Below, one piece after another: positions 9,191 through 19,724 of a DNA stretch of 64,000 bases (position 1 is the first letter of the stretch; every line of letters starts with the position of its first letter). The notes below the pieces were generated by a model. That model was not told the DNA's origin. It was given only the letters and a program-made list of their open reading frames with translations, and ran no database searches. The stretch comes from Haloferacaceae archaeon (GTDB taxonomy: Archaea > Halobacteriota > Halobacteria > Halobacteriales > Haloferacaceae). The stretch lies in assembly GCA_042217165.1 (NCBI GenBank), contig JBDGTD010000009.1:4077-68076 (forward strand), in the 5' to 3' direction. The position numbers and the translations under genes are program-made.

Positions 9191-10204
9191 GTGACGCGGG
9201 TCTGGGTGACCGTGGACAGTCTCGACCTCTCGAGCGCCCCGGAGTTCGTCTTCGAACTTCTCGTCTGTCGCTGGGCGGAGCTGTCGTGGCCCCCGGACGG
9301 CGACACCGACGCCGTCCCCGTCGTCGGCCGGCAGGTCGGGACGCGCGACCGGCGGTGGGACACGGTCGTCGTGGCGGCCGACCCGGCGGGGCTGGCCGCA
9401 CGCGCGCGACTCGGCGCGGCCGAACTCGACCGCGACCTCCTGCGGGTCGTCCGCCACGCGCCGCCGGAGTGGGCGTGGTACCGCGACGCGATCCCCGACC
9501 CGGGGTTCCCGTGGCGGTACGTCCGCGAGGCGGTCGACCGCGCGGCCGCCCGTGGGGCCGTCGAGCGCCGGAAGCGCGGGAACAGAGTCGAGATACGCCA
9601 GGTCGTGCCGTATCCGGACTGGGTGCGGCGGGTCGTGGCGATAGAGAACAAACCCGACCTCGACCGGAGCGCCGCGCGTCGGCTCGGCGAGCAGCTGGAC
9701 CACGACGTCTCGCGCGCGCTCGCCGACGAGACGTGGCTCGCGACGGCGGCGACGGGCGACCGCGTCGAGCCGGCGCTCCTGCGCGACCTGCCGGACGAGG
9801 CGGGTATCCTCGCCGTCTCGACGGACGACGTCGACCGGGTGAGCGCGGAGGTGGCGTGGCACCCGGCCCGGCTCGACCCCGACCCGGCCGACCGGGAACG
9901 GAGGCTGGTCGTCGCAGAGCGGGTGTACGGCCGGGGCTTTCGCGACCACGTCGAGACGACCCGACCGGACTGTCGGCACTACGAACTGCGCCGGCGGGGG
10001 ACGGCGCTGGTGCCCTACTGTGCGGCGAAAGAGCGCCACCAGACCCAGGCGGAGTGTGCGGGGTCGTGCGAGTCGTTCGAGCCGGAGCCGCCGGCGTGGC
10101 GGACCGGCGGATGGCCGATCGAAGGCGGGCCGGGCGCAGCCTGTCGCACGGTCCTCGAACGGCGGCGGGCGCGGGTGCGCGGACGCGAGGAGGGCGGAGA
10201 GTGA
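9191..10204 (+). CDS. conserved hypothetical protein with PD-(D/E)xK-like motif and C-terminal Cys cluster
   Basis: 337 aa. EFVFE...RRWDTVVV...VVAIENKPD pattern, plus C-terminal CRHYELRRRGTALVPYCAAKERHQTQAECAGSC. Confidence 0.6.
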   Translation: MTRVWVTVDSLDLSSAPEFVFELLVCRWAELSWPPDGDTDAVPVVGRQVGTRDRRWDTVVVAADPAGLAARARLGAAELDRDLLRVVRHAPPEWAWYRDAIPDPGFPWRYVREAVDRAAARGAVERRKRGNRVEIRQVVPYPDWVRRVVAIENKPDLDRSAARRLGEQLDHDVSRALADETWLATAATGDRVEPALLRDLPDEAGILAVSTDDVDRVSAEVAWHPARLDPDPADRERRLVVAERVYGRGFRDHVETTRPDCRHYELRRRGTALVPYCAAKERHQTQAECAGSCESFEPEPPAWRTGGWPIEGGPGAACRTVLERRRARVRGREEGGE

Positions 10205-10216
10205 CCGGAGACGCGG

Positions 10217-10753
10217 CTACGCTGCCTCTTCGGTCGCGGCCTCGTTGCTCTCGTCGGCCTGCTCCTCGACGGTTATCTCCTCGCTCCCGGGCGCGCGGCG
10301 GAACGTCGGGACGGTGCGGCGCTCGACCTCGACGAGGCCGGTCCGCTTGAGCGACTGGAGCGCGCGCCGGACGGCCTCGGCTCCGGGGTCGAGGTCGAAC
10401 TCGTCGCGGAGTCTGTGGAGCACGCGCACGACGCTCTCGGACCGTTCCTCTGCTCCGACGACCACGTCGAGGACCCGGGCTTCCAGCGGTGATACCCGCA
10501 CCACGTCCGGGTCGCCGTCGGCGTCGTCGACGACACCCGGCTCCGCGCCGGTGAGTTCCGCCGCCTCCGGCGTCGCCCGGATGTAACTGTCCTCGTCGCG
10601 GTAGTAGTAGTCGGCGAGGTGGCTCTCGAGATACGCGTGGACCTCGCTCCCGCCCGCTAACCCCCAGCGCTCCGCGAGGTCGGCGTTCTTCGTCGGCTGG
10701 AGCCGGACGACGTCGGCGAGGCGGTCGAGTTCCTCCGCGGAGAGGTCGGTCAC
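10217..10753 (-). CDS. conserved hypothetical acidic protein, probable winged-helix DNA-binding domains
   Basis: GTG at complement of 10751-10753: VTDLSAEELDRLADVVRLQPTKNADLAERWGL...RRALQSLKRTGLVEVERR; 178 aa. The upstream part of the track ORF is low-complexity junk. Confidence 0.55.
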   Translation of the reverse strand: MTDLSAEELDRLADVVRLQPTKNADLAERWGLAGGSEVHAYLESHLADYYYRDEDSYIRATPEAAELTGAEPGVVDDADGDPDVVRVSPLEARVLDVVVGAEERSESVVRVLHRLRDEFDLDPGAEAVRRALQSLKRTGLVEVERRTVPTFRRAPGSEEITVEEQADESNEAATEEAA

Positions 10754-10835
10754 GCCGGGGCGTAGGACCGACCGGCTCTTTCTGGTTGCGATCCATGGGG
10801 AAGGCTTAGGCCGGGGCCCCGTGAGGGGGGCGCCG

Positions 10836-11621
10836 ATGGACCTCAGCTTCGACGCGGAGACGGTGTCGGTCGAGACCGAGGGCGACGCCGCGCGGGTCGT
10901 CGTCGACCGTCCCGACCGCCTGAACGCCCTGAACGTCGAGACGCTCGGTGCGCTCTCGTCGGCTCTCGACGCGGCCGAGGACGCCGGCGCACGCGCCGTC
11001 GTCGTCACCGGCGCGGGCGGCGAGGCGTTCGTCGCGGGCGCGGACATCGAACACATGAGGGAGATGGACACCCCCGAGGCGCTGGCATACGCCGAGATGG
11101 GCCACGACCTCTGCCGGCAGGTCGAGGAGTTTCCCGCCCCCGTCGTCGCCGCGGTGAACGGCTACGCCTTCGGCGGCGGCTGTGAGCTGGCGCTGGCGTG
11201 TGACCTCCGGGTGGCGAGCGAGCGCGCGCTGCTCGGCCAGACCGAGGTCGACCTCGGGATCGTCCCGGGGTGGGGCGGCACGCAGCGTCTCCCCCGCCTC
11301 GTCGGCGACGAACTCGCGCGCCGGATGATCTTCTTCGGCGAGCGCGTCGACGCGAGCGACGCCCACGAGTACGGCCTCGTCGGCGAGGTCGTCGCCCACG
11401 ACGACCTCGCCGAGCGAGCCGACGAGATGGCCACAGACCTCGCCGCGAAGCCCCGGCACGCGCTGAAGGCCGCGAAAGACGCCCTGAACGCCACCCACGA
11501 GTCCGACCTCGCCTCGGGGCTGGCCTACGAGCGCCGGACGTTCGCCGGCCTGTTCGGGACCCACGACCAGCGCGAGGGGATGGCGGCGTTCGCCGAGGAC
11601 CGCGAGCCGGAGTTCGAGTAG
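10836..11621 (+). CDS. enoyl-CoA hydratase/isomerase (crotonase) family
   Basis: VVVDRPDRLNALN...VVVTGAGGEAFVAGADI...AAVNGYAFGGGCELALACDLRVA. Confidence 0.85.
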   Translation: MDLSFDAETVSVETEGDAARVVVDRPDRLNALNVETLGALSSALDAAEDAGARAVVVTGAGGEAFVAGADIEHMREMDTPEALAYAEMGHDLCRQVEEFPAPVVAAVNGYAFGGGCELALACDLRVASERALLGQTEVDLGIVPGWGGTQRLPRLVGDELARRMIFFGERVDASDAHEYGLVGEVVAHDDLAERADEMATDLAAKPRHALKAAKDALNATHESDLASGLAYERRTFAGLFGTHDQREGMAAFAEDREPEFE

Positions 11622-11642
11622 GAGATGCGGCGGGGTGGCCGG

Positions 11643-13016
11643 TCAGTCCGTCGCCGGCGCCGGGTCGCTCGGCGCGGCGTCGACAGTGTCGGACACCTGC
11701 GTGTAGACGAGGCCGAGCGCCACGAGACCGAGCGCGGCCGCGAACACGAACGGCACGACCAGCCCGTACCGGACGAGGAATCCGGCGGTGGTCGGCCCGG
11801 CGGCGACTCCGAGGCCGAACGCCATCGTCAGCACCGAGAGCTTCGTTCCCGAATCCCCCTTGCGCGCGAGGTCGCCCGCCAGCGCGAGCGACGGCGCGAA
11901 CACCATCGCGACGGCGACCCCCTGCACCAGCCGCCCGACGACCATCAGGAGCGGCGAAGAGACGCCTCCGGGGCTGACGAGGTACGCCTGGAAGAGCAAG
12001 GAGGGGACGATGAGCGCGAACCCGCCGACGATGAACGGCCGGCGGCCGTAGGTGTCGCTCGCGCTCCCGATGGGGACCTGGAAGACGACGTTCGCGGCGA
12101 CGACGGCGGCGAACTGGACCGAAAAGAGAAACGGACCCTGCCCGAGGGCGGCGTTGATATCCGCCTGGAGCGTCGCGTAGACGGCGATACCGGTCGCCAT
12201 GAAGAAGGTCGCGACCCCGAGGACGAACACGGGGTCGAAGTACGACTCGCCGGACTCGTCGCGGACGGCGATAGAGAGGTCTGCGCCGGCCTCCGCGCCC
12301 GCCTCCTCGGGGTCGTGGACGAAGAGGACGACGAGCGCGAGGCTCACCGCGGCCCCGAGGACCGCGACCCCGAACGCGGCGGTGTACCCGCCGACCGTTC
12401 CGCCGCCGAGGACTGCCGGGAGCGCGTACTCCGCAACCGCGGTCGGCGCCGCCCCGCCGCCCTCGCCCGTGACGGCGCCGACACCGCCGGTGACGAGCAG
12501 TCCGGCGACGATGGGCCCGAGGCCGAAGCCCGCCAGCCGGAAGGTATTGAACACGCCGAAGTTGCCCCCGCGCTCGGTGTCTGCGGCCGAGTACTCGTTC
12601 ACCAGCGCGATGGTGCCGGGGATGGTGAAGGCCGCGCCGACCCCCTGGAGCGCCCGGATGACGACGACCGCCCCGTACGAGGAGACGAACGGGTAGAACG
12701 CACTCGAGAGGCCGAAGACGACGAGACCGACGACGATGAACAGCTTCCGGCGCCCGGTGCGGTCGGAGATCCGCCCCGTGAACGGCTGGCCGAAGCTGTT
12801 GAGCAGGCCGAACAGCGAGAGGACGACCCCGATGAGCAGCGGGACGGTCACTTCGCCGACGAGCGGCCACGTCGTCCCGACGAGCCCCGTGACGTCGATC
12901 TGCCCCCCCGCGACGTAGCCCGGCAGGACGATGATCAGAAACGAGTTCCCGAGCGCGTCGGCCATCCGCGCCATCGCGAGCGCGAGAACCCGACGGTCCG
13001 TGTCTAGAACGCCCAT
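11643..13016 (-). CDS. MFS transporter
   Basis: 457 aa, about 12 hydrophobic segments, and the MFS loop motif GRISDRTGRRK between TM2 and TM3. Confidence 0.8.
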   Translation of the reverse strand: MGVLDTDRRVLALAMARMADALGNSFLIIVLPGYVAGGQIDVTGLVGTTWPLVGEVTVPLLIGVVLSLFGLLNSFGQPFTGRISDRTGRRKLFIVVGLVVFGLSSAFYPFVSSYGAVVVIRALQGVGAAFTIPGTIALVNEYSAADTERGGNFGVFNTFRLAGFGLGPIVAGLLVTGGVGAVTGEGGGAAPTAVAEYALPAVLGGGTVGGYTAAFGVAVLGAAVSLALVVLFVHDPEEAGAEAGADLSIAVRDESGESYFDPVFVLGVATFFMATGIAVYATLQADINAALGQGPFLFSVQFAAVVAANVVFQVPIGSASDTYGRRPFIVGGFALIVPSLLFQAYLVSPGGVSSPLLMVVGRLVQGVAVAMVFAPSLALAGDLARKGDSGTKLSVLTMAFGLGVAAGPTTAGFLVRYGLVVPFVFAAALGLVALGLVYTQVSDTVDAAPSDPAPATD

Positions 13017-13096
13017 TCAGGAGAGCGTCGGGAGGCGCGCCTTTGACCGTTGTGTTGTCCCCCGGAGCTAAATGTCGCGCCCCGGTAGCACCGCGC

Positions 13097-13342
13097 ATGG
13101 ACCGGGTCACGCCAGACTGGGTCGAGCGGCAGCTCGACGACCTCACTTACCCGGTGACGCGAGCCCACGCCGCGACCGCACTCGCCGACACGGTGGTCGA
13201 GGTGGAGGGGACAGAGCGGAACCTCGGGCGACTCGTCTCGCAGGCGGGGAGCGACGCGTTCCACGGCCCGGAGCACGTGGCCGAGGACCTGAACGCCGTC
13301 CTCGACGACGAACTGGACGACTCCCTCGGCGCGGACGCCTGA
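13097..13342 (+). CDS. conserved hypothetical small acidic protein
   Basis: ATG at 13097: MDRVTPDWVERQLDDLTYPVTRAHAATALADTVVEVEG...; acidic tail. Confidence 0.5.
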   Translation: MDRVTPDWVERQLDDLTYPVTRAHAATALADTVVEVEGTERNLGRLVSQAGSDAFHGPEHVAEDLNAVLDDELDDSLGADA

Positions 13343-13384
13343 GATCCCACGGGCTTATTGTTCTGACCGCTCTCGACCCCTCCC

Positions 13385-13711
13385 ATGGAATTCTGTGACG
13401 AGTGCGGCGCGATGATGAAAGCGGAGGGGGAGGTCTGGCGCTGCGCGGAGGGACACGAGAAGCCCCGGGACCGGGACGGCGAGGGGTCGATGACGACGAC
13501 GCAGGGCCAGACCAGCGACGGCCCCGTCGACATGTCCGACGTGGACGACCAGGATATCGGCCCGACGACGCGCGTCCAGTGTCCGAACCCCGACTGCGAC
13601 GCCGAGCGGGCGCGCTACGAGATGAAACAGATCCGCGCCGCCGACGAGTCCGAGACGAGGTTTTTCACCTGCGTCGAGTGCGACAAGAAGTGGCGTGAGG
13701 ACGACCATTAG
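13385..13711 (+). CDS. tfs: transcription factor S (TFIIS/RpoM-type zinc-ribbon cleavage factor)
   Basis: N-terminal zinc ribbon MEFCDECGAMM...WRCAEGH. C-terminal TFIIS ribbon CPNPDCDAERARYEMKQIRAADESETRFFTCVECDKKW. Confidence 0.9.
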   Translation: MEFCDECGAMMKAEGEVWRCAEGHEKPRDRDGEGSMTTTQGQTSDGPVDMSDVDDQDIGPTTRVQCPNPDCDAERARYEMKQIRAADESETRFFTCVECDKKWREDDH

Positions 13712-13741
13712 CGACGACCGCGGCGGCCTGCGGGCGGCGCG

Positions 13742-14308
13742 ATGACTGACGCGCCGGACGTCGACCCACCGGGAACCGGGTGGACGACGGCCGAGTCCTC
13801 GAGCGAGACGGTGTTCGACCTCGGGCCCGTCGAGGTGACGGCGGCGACGGTCGTCTTCGAGGACCGCGACCTGCGCTCGCGGGTCGCGGAGCGGACGGGA
13901 CTCGACCGGACCTGGCGGTTCGCGTTCGCGAGTCGGGTCGACGTGCCCGGATCGTCGGGGTCACGCGCGCTCGCCCGCCTCGTCACCGACCGGGCGCGGA
14001 GCGGGTTCGCGGACCGACTCGAGCGCCGGGGGTTCGAGGCGGTCGAGCGCGCCGGCGAGCGGTCGTTCGGGCCGGTCGACGCGGCGCGGTACGTCGCTCG
14101 CGTGCGCGTCGAGGGCGTCGTCGTGGACGCGGAGGGGTGGCTCGGAGTGCGGGCCGACCCCGACAGAGCGCGGAGTTTCGCGCTCGCGGGGGGTGCATAC
14201 CCGCGCGGCGTTCGCGATGCGCCCGACGAGGCGACCCGGGAGGGGCTCTCCGGCCTGTTCGAACCGGCCGCGTTCCGAGACGAACTCCTGGGCTTCCTCC
14301 GCCGCTAG
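13742..14308 (+). CDS. conserved hypothetical protein
   Basis: 188-aa ORF with plausible composition and an ATG start; no recognisable motif. Confidence 0.5.
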   Translation: MTDAPDVDPPGTGWTTAESSSETVFDLGPVEVTAATVVFEDRDLRSRVAERTGLDRTWRFAFASRVDVPGSSGSRALARLVTDRARSGFADRLERRGFEAVERAGERSFGPVDAARYVARVRVEGVVVDAEGWLGVRADPDRARSFALAGGAYPRGVRDAPDEATREGLSGLFEPAAFRDELLGFLRR

Positions 14309-14631
14309 CGGAGCGCCCGGAGGGCGCCGACGACGGAGACCCGGGCGGGTGCTGCGCCGACGAGCCGCGAGAGCGGACCGGCCCGGACGCCGGGACCGAG
14401 ACGGGCGACGCTCGCGCCCCGGATTCGCACGTCGACGTCGATACCGGCCTCCGCGGCGGCGTCGAGCGAGTCGAACGGCACCGGGAGTTCGTCGACGGTC
14501 TCGCGGGCGCGTCGTGCCGCCGCGAACGTGGGAAAGGAGACGATCACCCGGTCGCCGTACCCCTCGACCCGGACCTCCTGCCCGTCGACCGTCGCCGTGA
14601 GGTCGGCCTCGACCGAGAGCAGGCGGTCCAT
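14305..14631 (-). CDS. hypothetical protein
   Basis: 108 aa (MDRLLSVEADLTATVDGQEVRVEGYGDRVIVSF...). Its start abuts the stop of the upstream small ORF, suggesting an operon. Confidence 0.45.
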   Translation of the reverse strand: MDRLLSVEADLTATVDGQEVRVEGYGDRVIVSFPTFAAARRARETVDELPVPFDSLDAAAEAGIDVDVRIRGASVARLGPGVRAGPLSRLVGAAPARVSVVGALRALR

Positions 14632-14874
14632 CTACTCTCCGGGCTCGCGCGTGCGAATCTTCATCGTGCCGTCGAGATGCCACGTGGCGTGTTCGGCATC
14701 CTCGCCGACCTTCGACGGCACATCGACCGACATCTCCTCGAACTCGTAGGTGATCTCCGCGCCCCGGCCGGTCAGGCGCTCGTAGAGGCCAATCGCGAGT
14801 TCGGGCCACGTCTGGGTCTCTTCGACCGCCTGTTCTGCGCCGCCGTCGGTCGCCGTTGGCTGGTCGTCTGCCAT
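14632..14874 (-). CDS. small acidic hypothetical protein
   Basis: Last 80 codons of track ORF 14632..15183: MADDQPTATDGGAEQAVEETQTWPELAIGLYERL.... A TATA-like GATTTATGC sits about 27 nt upstream. Confidence 0.5.
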   Translation of the reverse strand: MADDQPTATDGGAEQAVEETQTWPELAIGLYERLTGRGAEITYEFEEMSVDVPSKVGEDAEHATWHLDGTMKIRTREPGE

Positions 14875-14912
14875 GCGAGCCGGTGAGAACGCCGACCGCA
14901 TAAATCGTCCTA

Positions 14913-15644
14913 TCAGCGTCGGCGCGCGAACGTGAGGTAGCCGGTGTGGCCGACGCCCGCGGTCGACGGGCGCGAGCCGCGGTCGTCGAACGTCATCCGA
15001 CGCTGGATCGTCTCGTAGGTTTCGACCGCCGAGAGGCCGACCTCCTCGGCCGCGCGGTGGGCCGCCCGTGCCGACTCGACGAACGGCGCGTAGACGGCGA
15101 CGAACGCCCCGGGAGCGAGCAGGTCGGGGGCGTGCTCGACGACGGCCGCGGCGTCGCCCGTGTCGAGGGTGACGAGGTCCCACTCGCTGTCGGTCAGGGC
15201 GTCCAGGTCGTCGAGGACGTCGCCCGTCCGGACCTCGACGCGCCCTCCGACGCCCGTCACCCGCATGTTGTCGCGCGCGACCTCGGCGAACTCCGGGTCG
15301 CGCTCGTAGGTCGTCACGTCGAGGGCGAGACGGCCGAGGTAGGCCGCGAGAATGCCCGTTCCGGTGCCGGCGTCGAGGACGCGGTCGCCGGCCGCCGGAC
15401 CGGCGTGTCCGAGGACGAGGCCGACGTCGCGTGGCATCATCGGCGCGCCGGTGCGGTCGAGGTGGTCGAACAGATCCGGGCCGCGGGGGGCGCGCACGTC
15501 GAACGGCTCGTCGAGGTGGGTGTGGATGACGTCGCCGTGGCTCGCGTCCTCGGGCACCGTCAGGACGCCGAGGTCGGTCTCCAGTTTCTCGCCCGGCGCG
15601 CGGAGATACTCGCGGTCGCTCGTCCGGTGCTGGAGCAGGTACAC
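14913..15644 (-). CDS. trmI: tRNA (adenine-N1)-methyltransferase, TrmI/GCD14 family
   Basis: SAM motif VLDAGTGTGILAAYL with the TrmI-like overall layout; 243 aa. Confidence 0.75.
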   Translation of the reverse strand: MYLLQHRTSDREYLRAPGEKLETDLGVLTVPEDASHGDVIHTHLDEPFDVRAPRGPDLFDHLDRTGAPMMPRDVGLVLGHAGPAAGDRVLDAGTGTGILAAYLGRLALDVTTYERDPEFAEVARDNMRVTGVGGRVEVRTGDVLDDLDALTDSEWDLVTLDTGDAAAVVEHAPDLLAPGAFVAVYAPFVESARAAHRAAEEVGLSAVETYETIQRRMTFDDRGSRPSTAGVGHTGYLTFARRR

Positions 15645-16028
15645 CTACTCGAGGCGGGAGACCGCGGCCGCGAGGTCGCCGTCCTCGGCCTCGAGCGCCT
15701 CGCGCGCGGCCGACTCGCTCGCGCCCGTCCGCCCGACGACGAGTTCGACGTCCCCGTCGGGGATCGCGGAGGCGTCGTCGCCCTCGCCCTGGGCCTGGGC
15801 CTCGGTCTCGGCCTCGTCGCTCCCGCGCTCCCGCGACGCCGGCTCACCGGCGATCTGGTAGGTCTGGGTCCCCTGTGCGTCCATTCGGGTCACCTCGGCG
15901 TCGGTGAACACGAGTTCCTCGTCGGGGGTGCGGATCACGACCTCCTCGGCGTCGATATCCGTCATGTCGATCCCCATCTGCTCCATCATCTTCTGCATCT
16001 TCCGGGGGTTCATCCCGCCTCCGAACAT
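15645..16028 (-). CDS. nac: nascent polypeptide-associated complex protein (NAC + UBA domains)
   Basis: [22 protein letters not shown]...EEVVIRT...; C-terminal UBA-like [23 protein letters not shown]. Confidence 0.9.
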   Translation of the reverse strand: MFGGGMNPRKMQKMMEQMGIDMTDIDAEEVVIRTPDEELVFTDAEVTRMDAQGTQTYQIAGEPASRERGSDEAETEAQAQGEGDDASAIPDGDVELVVGRTGASESAAREALEAEDGDLAAAVSRLE

Positions 16029-16077
16029 GCTCGTTCGGTCGGTTTCTGCCGAGAAAAGGGTGGCGAAGGGTCGGGGA

Positions 16078-17046
16078 TCAGTCGCCGTCGCTGGCCCCGG
16101 ACGCGCCGTCAGTGTCGTCGCTCTCGGTCGTCTCCTCCGGCCCGTCGTCGCCCGGGTCGGTCGACGCCTCGCCTCGTTCCGGGTCGCTCGCGTCCGTCTC
16201 GTCCGGCCGGTCGACGCCGAGCGTGTTCGTCCCCGTCGGATCCGGGTCGGGGACGCTCGTCGGCGACGTCGCGCCGGCCCCCGTTGCGGTCGGCGTTCCT
16301 CCCTCCGGGGCGATGTCGAGGCCGAGGGCGTCGGCGTAGCCCCGGGCGAAGAGACGGAATGCCAGCACCTGTGCGGCGAAGAGGAGCGGGAAGCCGACGA
16401 GCAGGAGGGCCAGGAACTGTGCGACGCCGCCGCCGACGAGGAGCGTGACGGCGCCGGCCCCCCACGCGACGGCGTAGTCGCGGTCTGTCGCCACCTCGCG
16501 GATGCGGTCGACGTCGAACGCGCCCCCGAGCGCGTCGTCGTGGACCATCCCGCAGACGCCGATCGGGAGGACGTAGGCGGCGGCGAGTACGAGTGCGAAG
16601 ACGACGAGGCCGAGTACGAGCGCGATCAGCGCCGAGATACCGGCGACCGCGCCGCCGCCCTCGCCGCCGACGCCGCTCCCGAGGGTCGTCCCGAGAGCGA
16701 ACACGACGGTGAGGAGAACCGAGACGACGACGGCCGGGATCGAGTAGGCGATCGCGACGGCGACGAACTTCAGGCCGTCGACGAAGATGTCCGCCCACTC
16801 CTCCCACGCAGGCGGGTCGACCCCGCCGTCGAGCGTGTCGTCGAGGACACGGACGAGGTAGCCCTGTGTCAGGAGCTGGGGGACGAACGCGAACGGGAGG
16901 ATCAGAAAGCCGATCAGAATGATGGTCAGGAGCGAGCCGACCACGTTGATCAGGACCGCGAGAAACGCGAGCGCGCCGCCGATCAGCACTGTCTTCACGG
17001 CGTCGTCGCCGCGGGAGGGGTAGTCTATCTCGTCGGTGAGGGACAT
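16078..17046 (-). CDS. polytopic membrane protein (resembles DUF4013 family) with acidic T/D/P-rich tail
   Basis: 322 aa; multiple hydrophobic helices followed by [22 protein letters not shown]...[13 protein letters not shown]. Confidence 0.65.
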   Translation of the reverse strand: MSLTDEIDYPSRGDDAVKTVLIGGALAFLAVLINVVGSLLTIILIGFLILPFAFVPQLLTQGYLVRVLDDTLDGGVDPPAWEEWADIFVDGLKFVAVAIAYSIPAVVVSVLLTVVFALGTTLGSGVGGEGGGAVAGISALIALVLGLVVFALVLAAAYVLPIGVCGMVHDDALGGAFDVDRIREVATDRDYAVAWGAGAVTLLVGGGVAQFLALLLVGFPLLFAAQVLAFRLFARGYADALGLDIAPEGGTPTATGAGATSPTSVPDPDPTGTNTLGVDRPDETDASDPERGEASTDPGDDGPEETTESDDTDGASGASDGD

Positions 17047-17121
17047 AGCCCATACCGGGCGTTCCTGTCCTAAAAAATCCCGACACGGGGGATTGATTTT
17101 CTCTCCCCTCTATCTGTCGCT

Positions 17122-17916
17122 GTGTACGTCGCCGACCGACGCTGGCCGGACCTGGCCGACTACGTCGCCGAGGAGTCGCTGGCGGTCGTGCCGCTCGGCT
17201 CGACCGAACAGCACGGCCCCCACCTGCCGCTCTCGACCGACCACGTGATAGCCGAGTCGCTCGCCCGCGCCGCCACGGCGGAGACGGGGCATCTCTGTAC
17301 CCCGACGGTGAACGTCGGCGTCTCGCCACACCACCGCCAGTTCCACGGCACGATGTGGGTCGACGCCCCCGCGTTCCGGAACTACGTCGAGTCGCTGACC
17401 CGCAACCTCGCGTACCACGGTATCGACCGCGTCGTGTTCGTCAACGCCCACGGCGGGAACGTCCAGCACCTCCGCGAGGTCGGCCGGCGCCTCCGCGACG
17501 ACGGGACGCTCTACGCCGTCGAGTGGATGTGGGACGAGTCGATTCCGGAGTTGATCGAGGAGTGCTTCGAGCGCCCCGGCCCCCACGGCGGTCCGAAGGA
17601 GACGTCGATGCTCCTCCACCTGGACGAGGCCAACGTCGCGGAGGACCGTATCGAGGACGCACGCGACGGCGGCGTCTCCGACGTCGAGAGCCACGACTAC
17701 CGCACGCACGGCTCTCGGACCTTCTACGACGCCATCGACAACACGGAGAACGGCGTCCTCGGCGACCAGACGGACGCGTCGGCGGCGATCGGTTCGAGGC
17801 TGTTCGACGCCGCGCGCGAGCAACTGGTGGCACTTCTCGCGTGGCTCGACGACCAGCCCCGCGAGGACCTGATGGCAGAGCCACACGTCGACCCACAGCC
17901 CGGGAGCCGGCGGTAG
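17122..17916 (+). CDS. creatininase family amidohydrolase
   Basis: VVPLGSTEQHGPHLPLSTD...VFVNAHGGN, typical of the creatininase family. Confidence 0.8.
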   Translation: MYVADRRWPDLADYVAEESLAVVPLGSTEQHGPHLPLSTDHVIAESLARAATAETGHLCTPTVNVGVSPHHRQFHGTMWVDAPAFRNYVESLTRNLAYHGIDRVVFVNAHGGNVQHLREVGRRLRDDGTLYAVEWMWDESIPELIEECFERPGPHGGPKETSMLLHLDEANVAEDRIEDARDGGVSDVESHDYRTHGSRTFYDAIDNTENGVLGDQTDASAAIGSRLFDAAREQLVALLAWLDDQPREDLMAEPHVDPQPGSRR

Positions 17917-18044
17917 CGGCCGAAGGGTCCGGGGCGTACCGGGCCGTGCTGGAGCGACGAGAGACGCCACGGCGGCGCCGAACTCGCACGCCCCGGCAGC
18001 CGGGGCGCCCAACCCTTTAGCCCCTCGGGCGCCACCGGAGAGTC

Positions 18045-19724
18045 ATGTTCGACCCCGAGGAACTCGAAAAAATCCGTGACGCCCGGGAGGAGTGGCGCGC
18101 GGAGACCTACGAGCCGACCGTCGAGCGGTTCGGGGAGCGAAAGGAGGAGTTCACGACGGACACCGGCGGACAGACGGTGAAGCCGCTCTACACGCCCGAC
18201 GACGTCGCCGACCTCGACTACGGGGCGGACCTCGGCTTCCCGGGCGAAGAGCCGTACACCCGCGGGATCTACTCGACGATGTACCGCGGTCGGCTCTGGA
18301 CGATGCGCCAGTACGCGGGGATGGGGACCGCCGAACAGACGAACGAGCGCTTCCACTACCTGCTGGAGGAGGGCCAGACCGGGCTGTCGATGGCGTTCGA
18401 CCTCCCGACGCAGATGGGCTACGACTCCGACGCGGCGATGGCGGCCGGAGAGGTCGGCAAGTCGGGCGTCGCCATCGACACCATCGAGGACATGCAGACG
18501 GTGTTCGACGGCATCCCGCTCGACGAGGTGTCGACCTCGATGACGATCAACGCGCCCGCGGCCGTCCTCCTCGCGATGTACGTCGCCGTGGGCGACGAAC
18601 AGGGCGTCCCGCGCGAGGAACTCCGGGGGACTATCCAGAACGACGTGCTGAAGGAGTACGTCGCGCGCAACACCTACATCTACCCGCCGGCGGCGTCGAT
18701 GCGCATCATCACGGACGTCTTCGACTACTGCGCCGAGGAGACGCCGAACTTCAACACCATCTCTATCTCGGGATACCACATCCGCGAGGCCGGGTCGACC
18801 GCGGCACAGGAGGTCGCGTTCACCCTCGCGAACGGAATCGAGTACGTCGAGGCCGCCGTCGAAGCGGGGTTAGACGTCGACGAGTTCGCGCCGCGGCTCT
18901 CGTTCTTTTTCGCCTCCTACAACAACATCCTGGAGGAGGCCGCGAAGTTCCGTGCCGCCCGGCGGATGTGGGCGCAGATCATGGAGGAGCGCTTCGGCGC
19001 GGAGAGCCCGAAGTCGAAACAGCTCCGATTCCACACCCAGACCGCGGGGTCGACACTCACCGCCCAGCAGGTGGAGAACAACGTCGTCCGGGTCGCGTAC
19101 CAGGCGCTCGCCGCCGTGCTGGGCGGGACGCAGTCACTTCACACCAACGGCAAGGACGAGGCGCTCAGCCTCCCGACCGAGGAGTCGGTGCGGACGGCCC
19201 TGCGGACCCAACAGATCCTCGCCCACGAGTCCGGCGCGGCAGACACCATCGACCCGCTCGCGGGCAGTTACTACGTCGAGTCGCTGACCGACGAGGTGGA
19301 AGACGAGGCGTTCGAGATCATCAGGAAGGTAGACGAGCGCGGCGGGATGCGCCGCGCCATCGAGGAGCAGTGGGTCCAGCGCCAGATCCAGGACGTGGCC
19401 TTCGAGCGACAGGAGGAGATCGAGGAGGGCGACCGGGTCGTCGTCGGCGTCAACGAGTACGAGGTCGACGAGGAGGACCCCGAGGTCGACCTGGAGGAGG
19501 TCTCCGACGAGGAGGAACGGGCGCAGGTCGAGCGGGTGGAGTCAGTGCGGGCAGAACGAGACGACGAGGCGGCCGACGCGGCGCTCGCGTCGGTGAAAGA
19601 CGCGGCGGCGAGCGGCGAGAACCTGATGCCCCGGCTGGTGCGCGCGGCCAAGGCCCGCGCGACCGTCGGCGAGATCTGTGACGCCCTCCGGGACGAGTTC
19701 GGCGAACACCGACCGGGCGCTTAG
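18045..19724 (+). CDS. mcmA: methylmalonyl-CoA mutase, large (catalytic, substrate-binding) subunit
   Basis: [66 protein letters not shown]; 559 aa. There is no B12-binding domain at the C-terminus. Confidence 0.9.
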   Translation: MFDPEELEKIRDAREEWRAETYEPTVERFGERKEEFTTDTGGQTVKPLYTPDDVADLDYGADLGFPGEEPYTRGIYSTMYRGRLWTMRQYAGMGTAEQTNERFHYLLEEGQTGLSMAFDLPTQMGYDSDAAMAAGEVGKSGVAIDTIEDMQTVFDGIPLDEVSTSMTINAPAAVLLAMYVAVGDEQGVPREELRGTIQNDVLKEYVARNTYIYPPAASMRIITDVFDYCAEETPNFNTISISGYHIREAGSTAAQEVAFTLANGIEYVEAAVEAGLDVDEFAPRLSFFFASYNNILEEAAKFRAARRMWAQIMEERFGAESPKSKQLRFHTQTAGSTLTAQQVENNVVRVAYQALAAVLGGTQSLHTNGKDEALSLPTEESVRTALRTQQILAHESGAADTIDPLAGSYYVESLTDEVEDEAFEIIRKVDERGGMRRAIEEQWVQRQIQDVAFERQEEIEEGDRVVVGVNEYEVDEEDPEVDLEEVSDEEERAQVERVESVRAERDDEAADAALASVKDAAASGENLMPRLVRAAKARATVGEICDALRDEFGEHRPGA

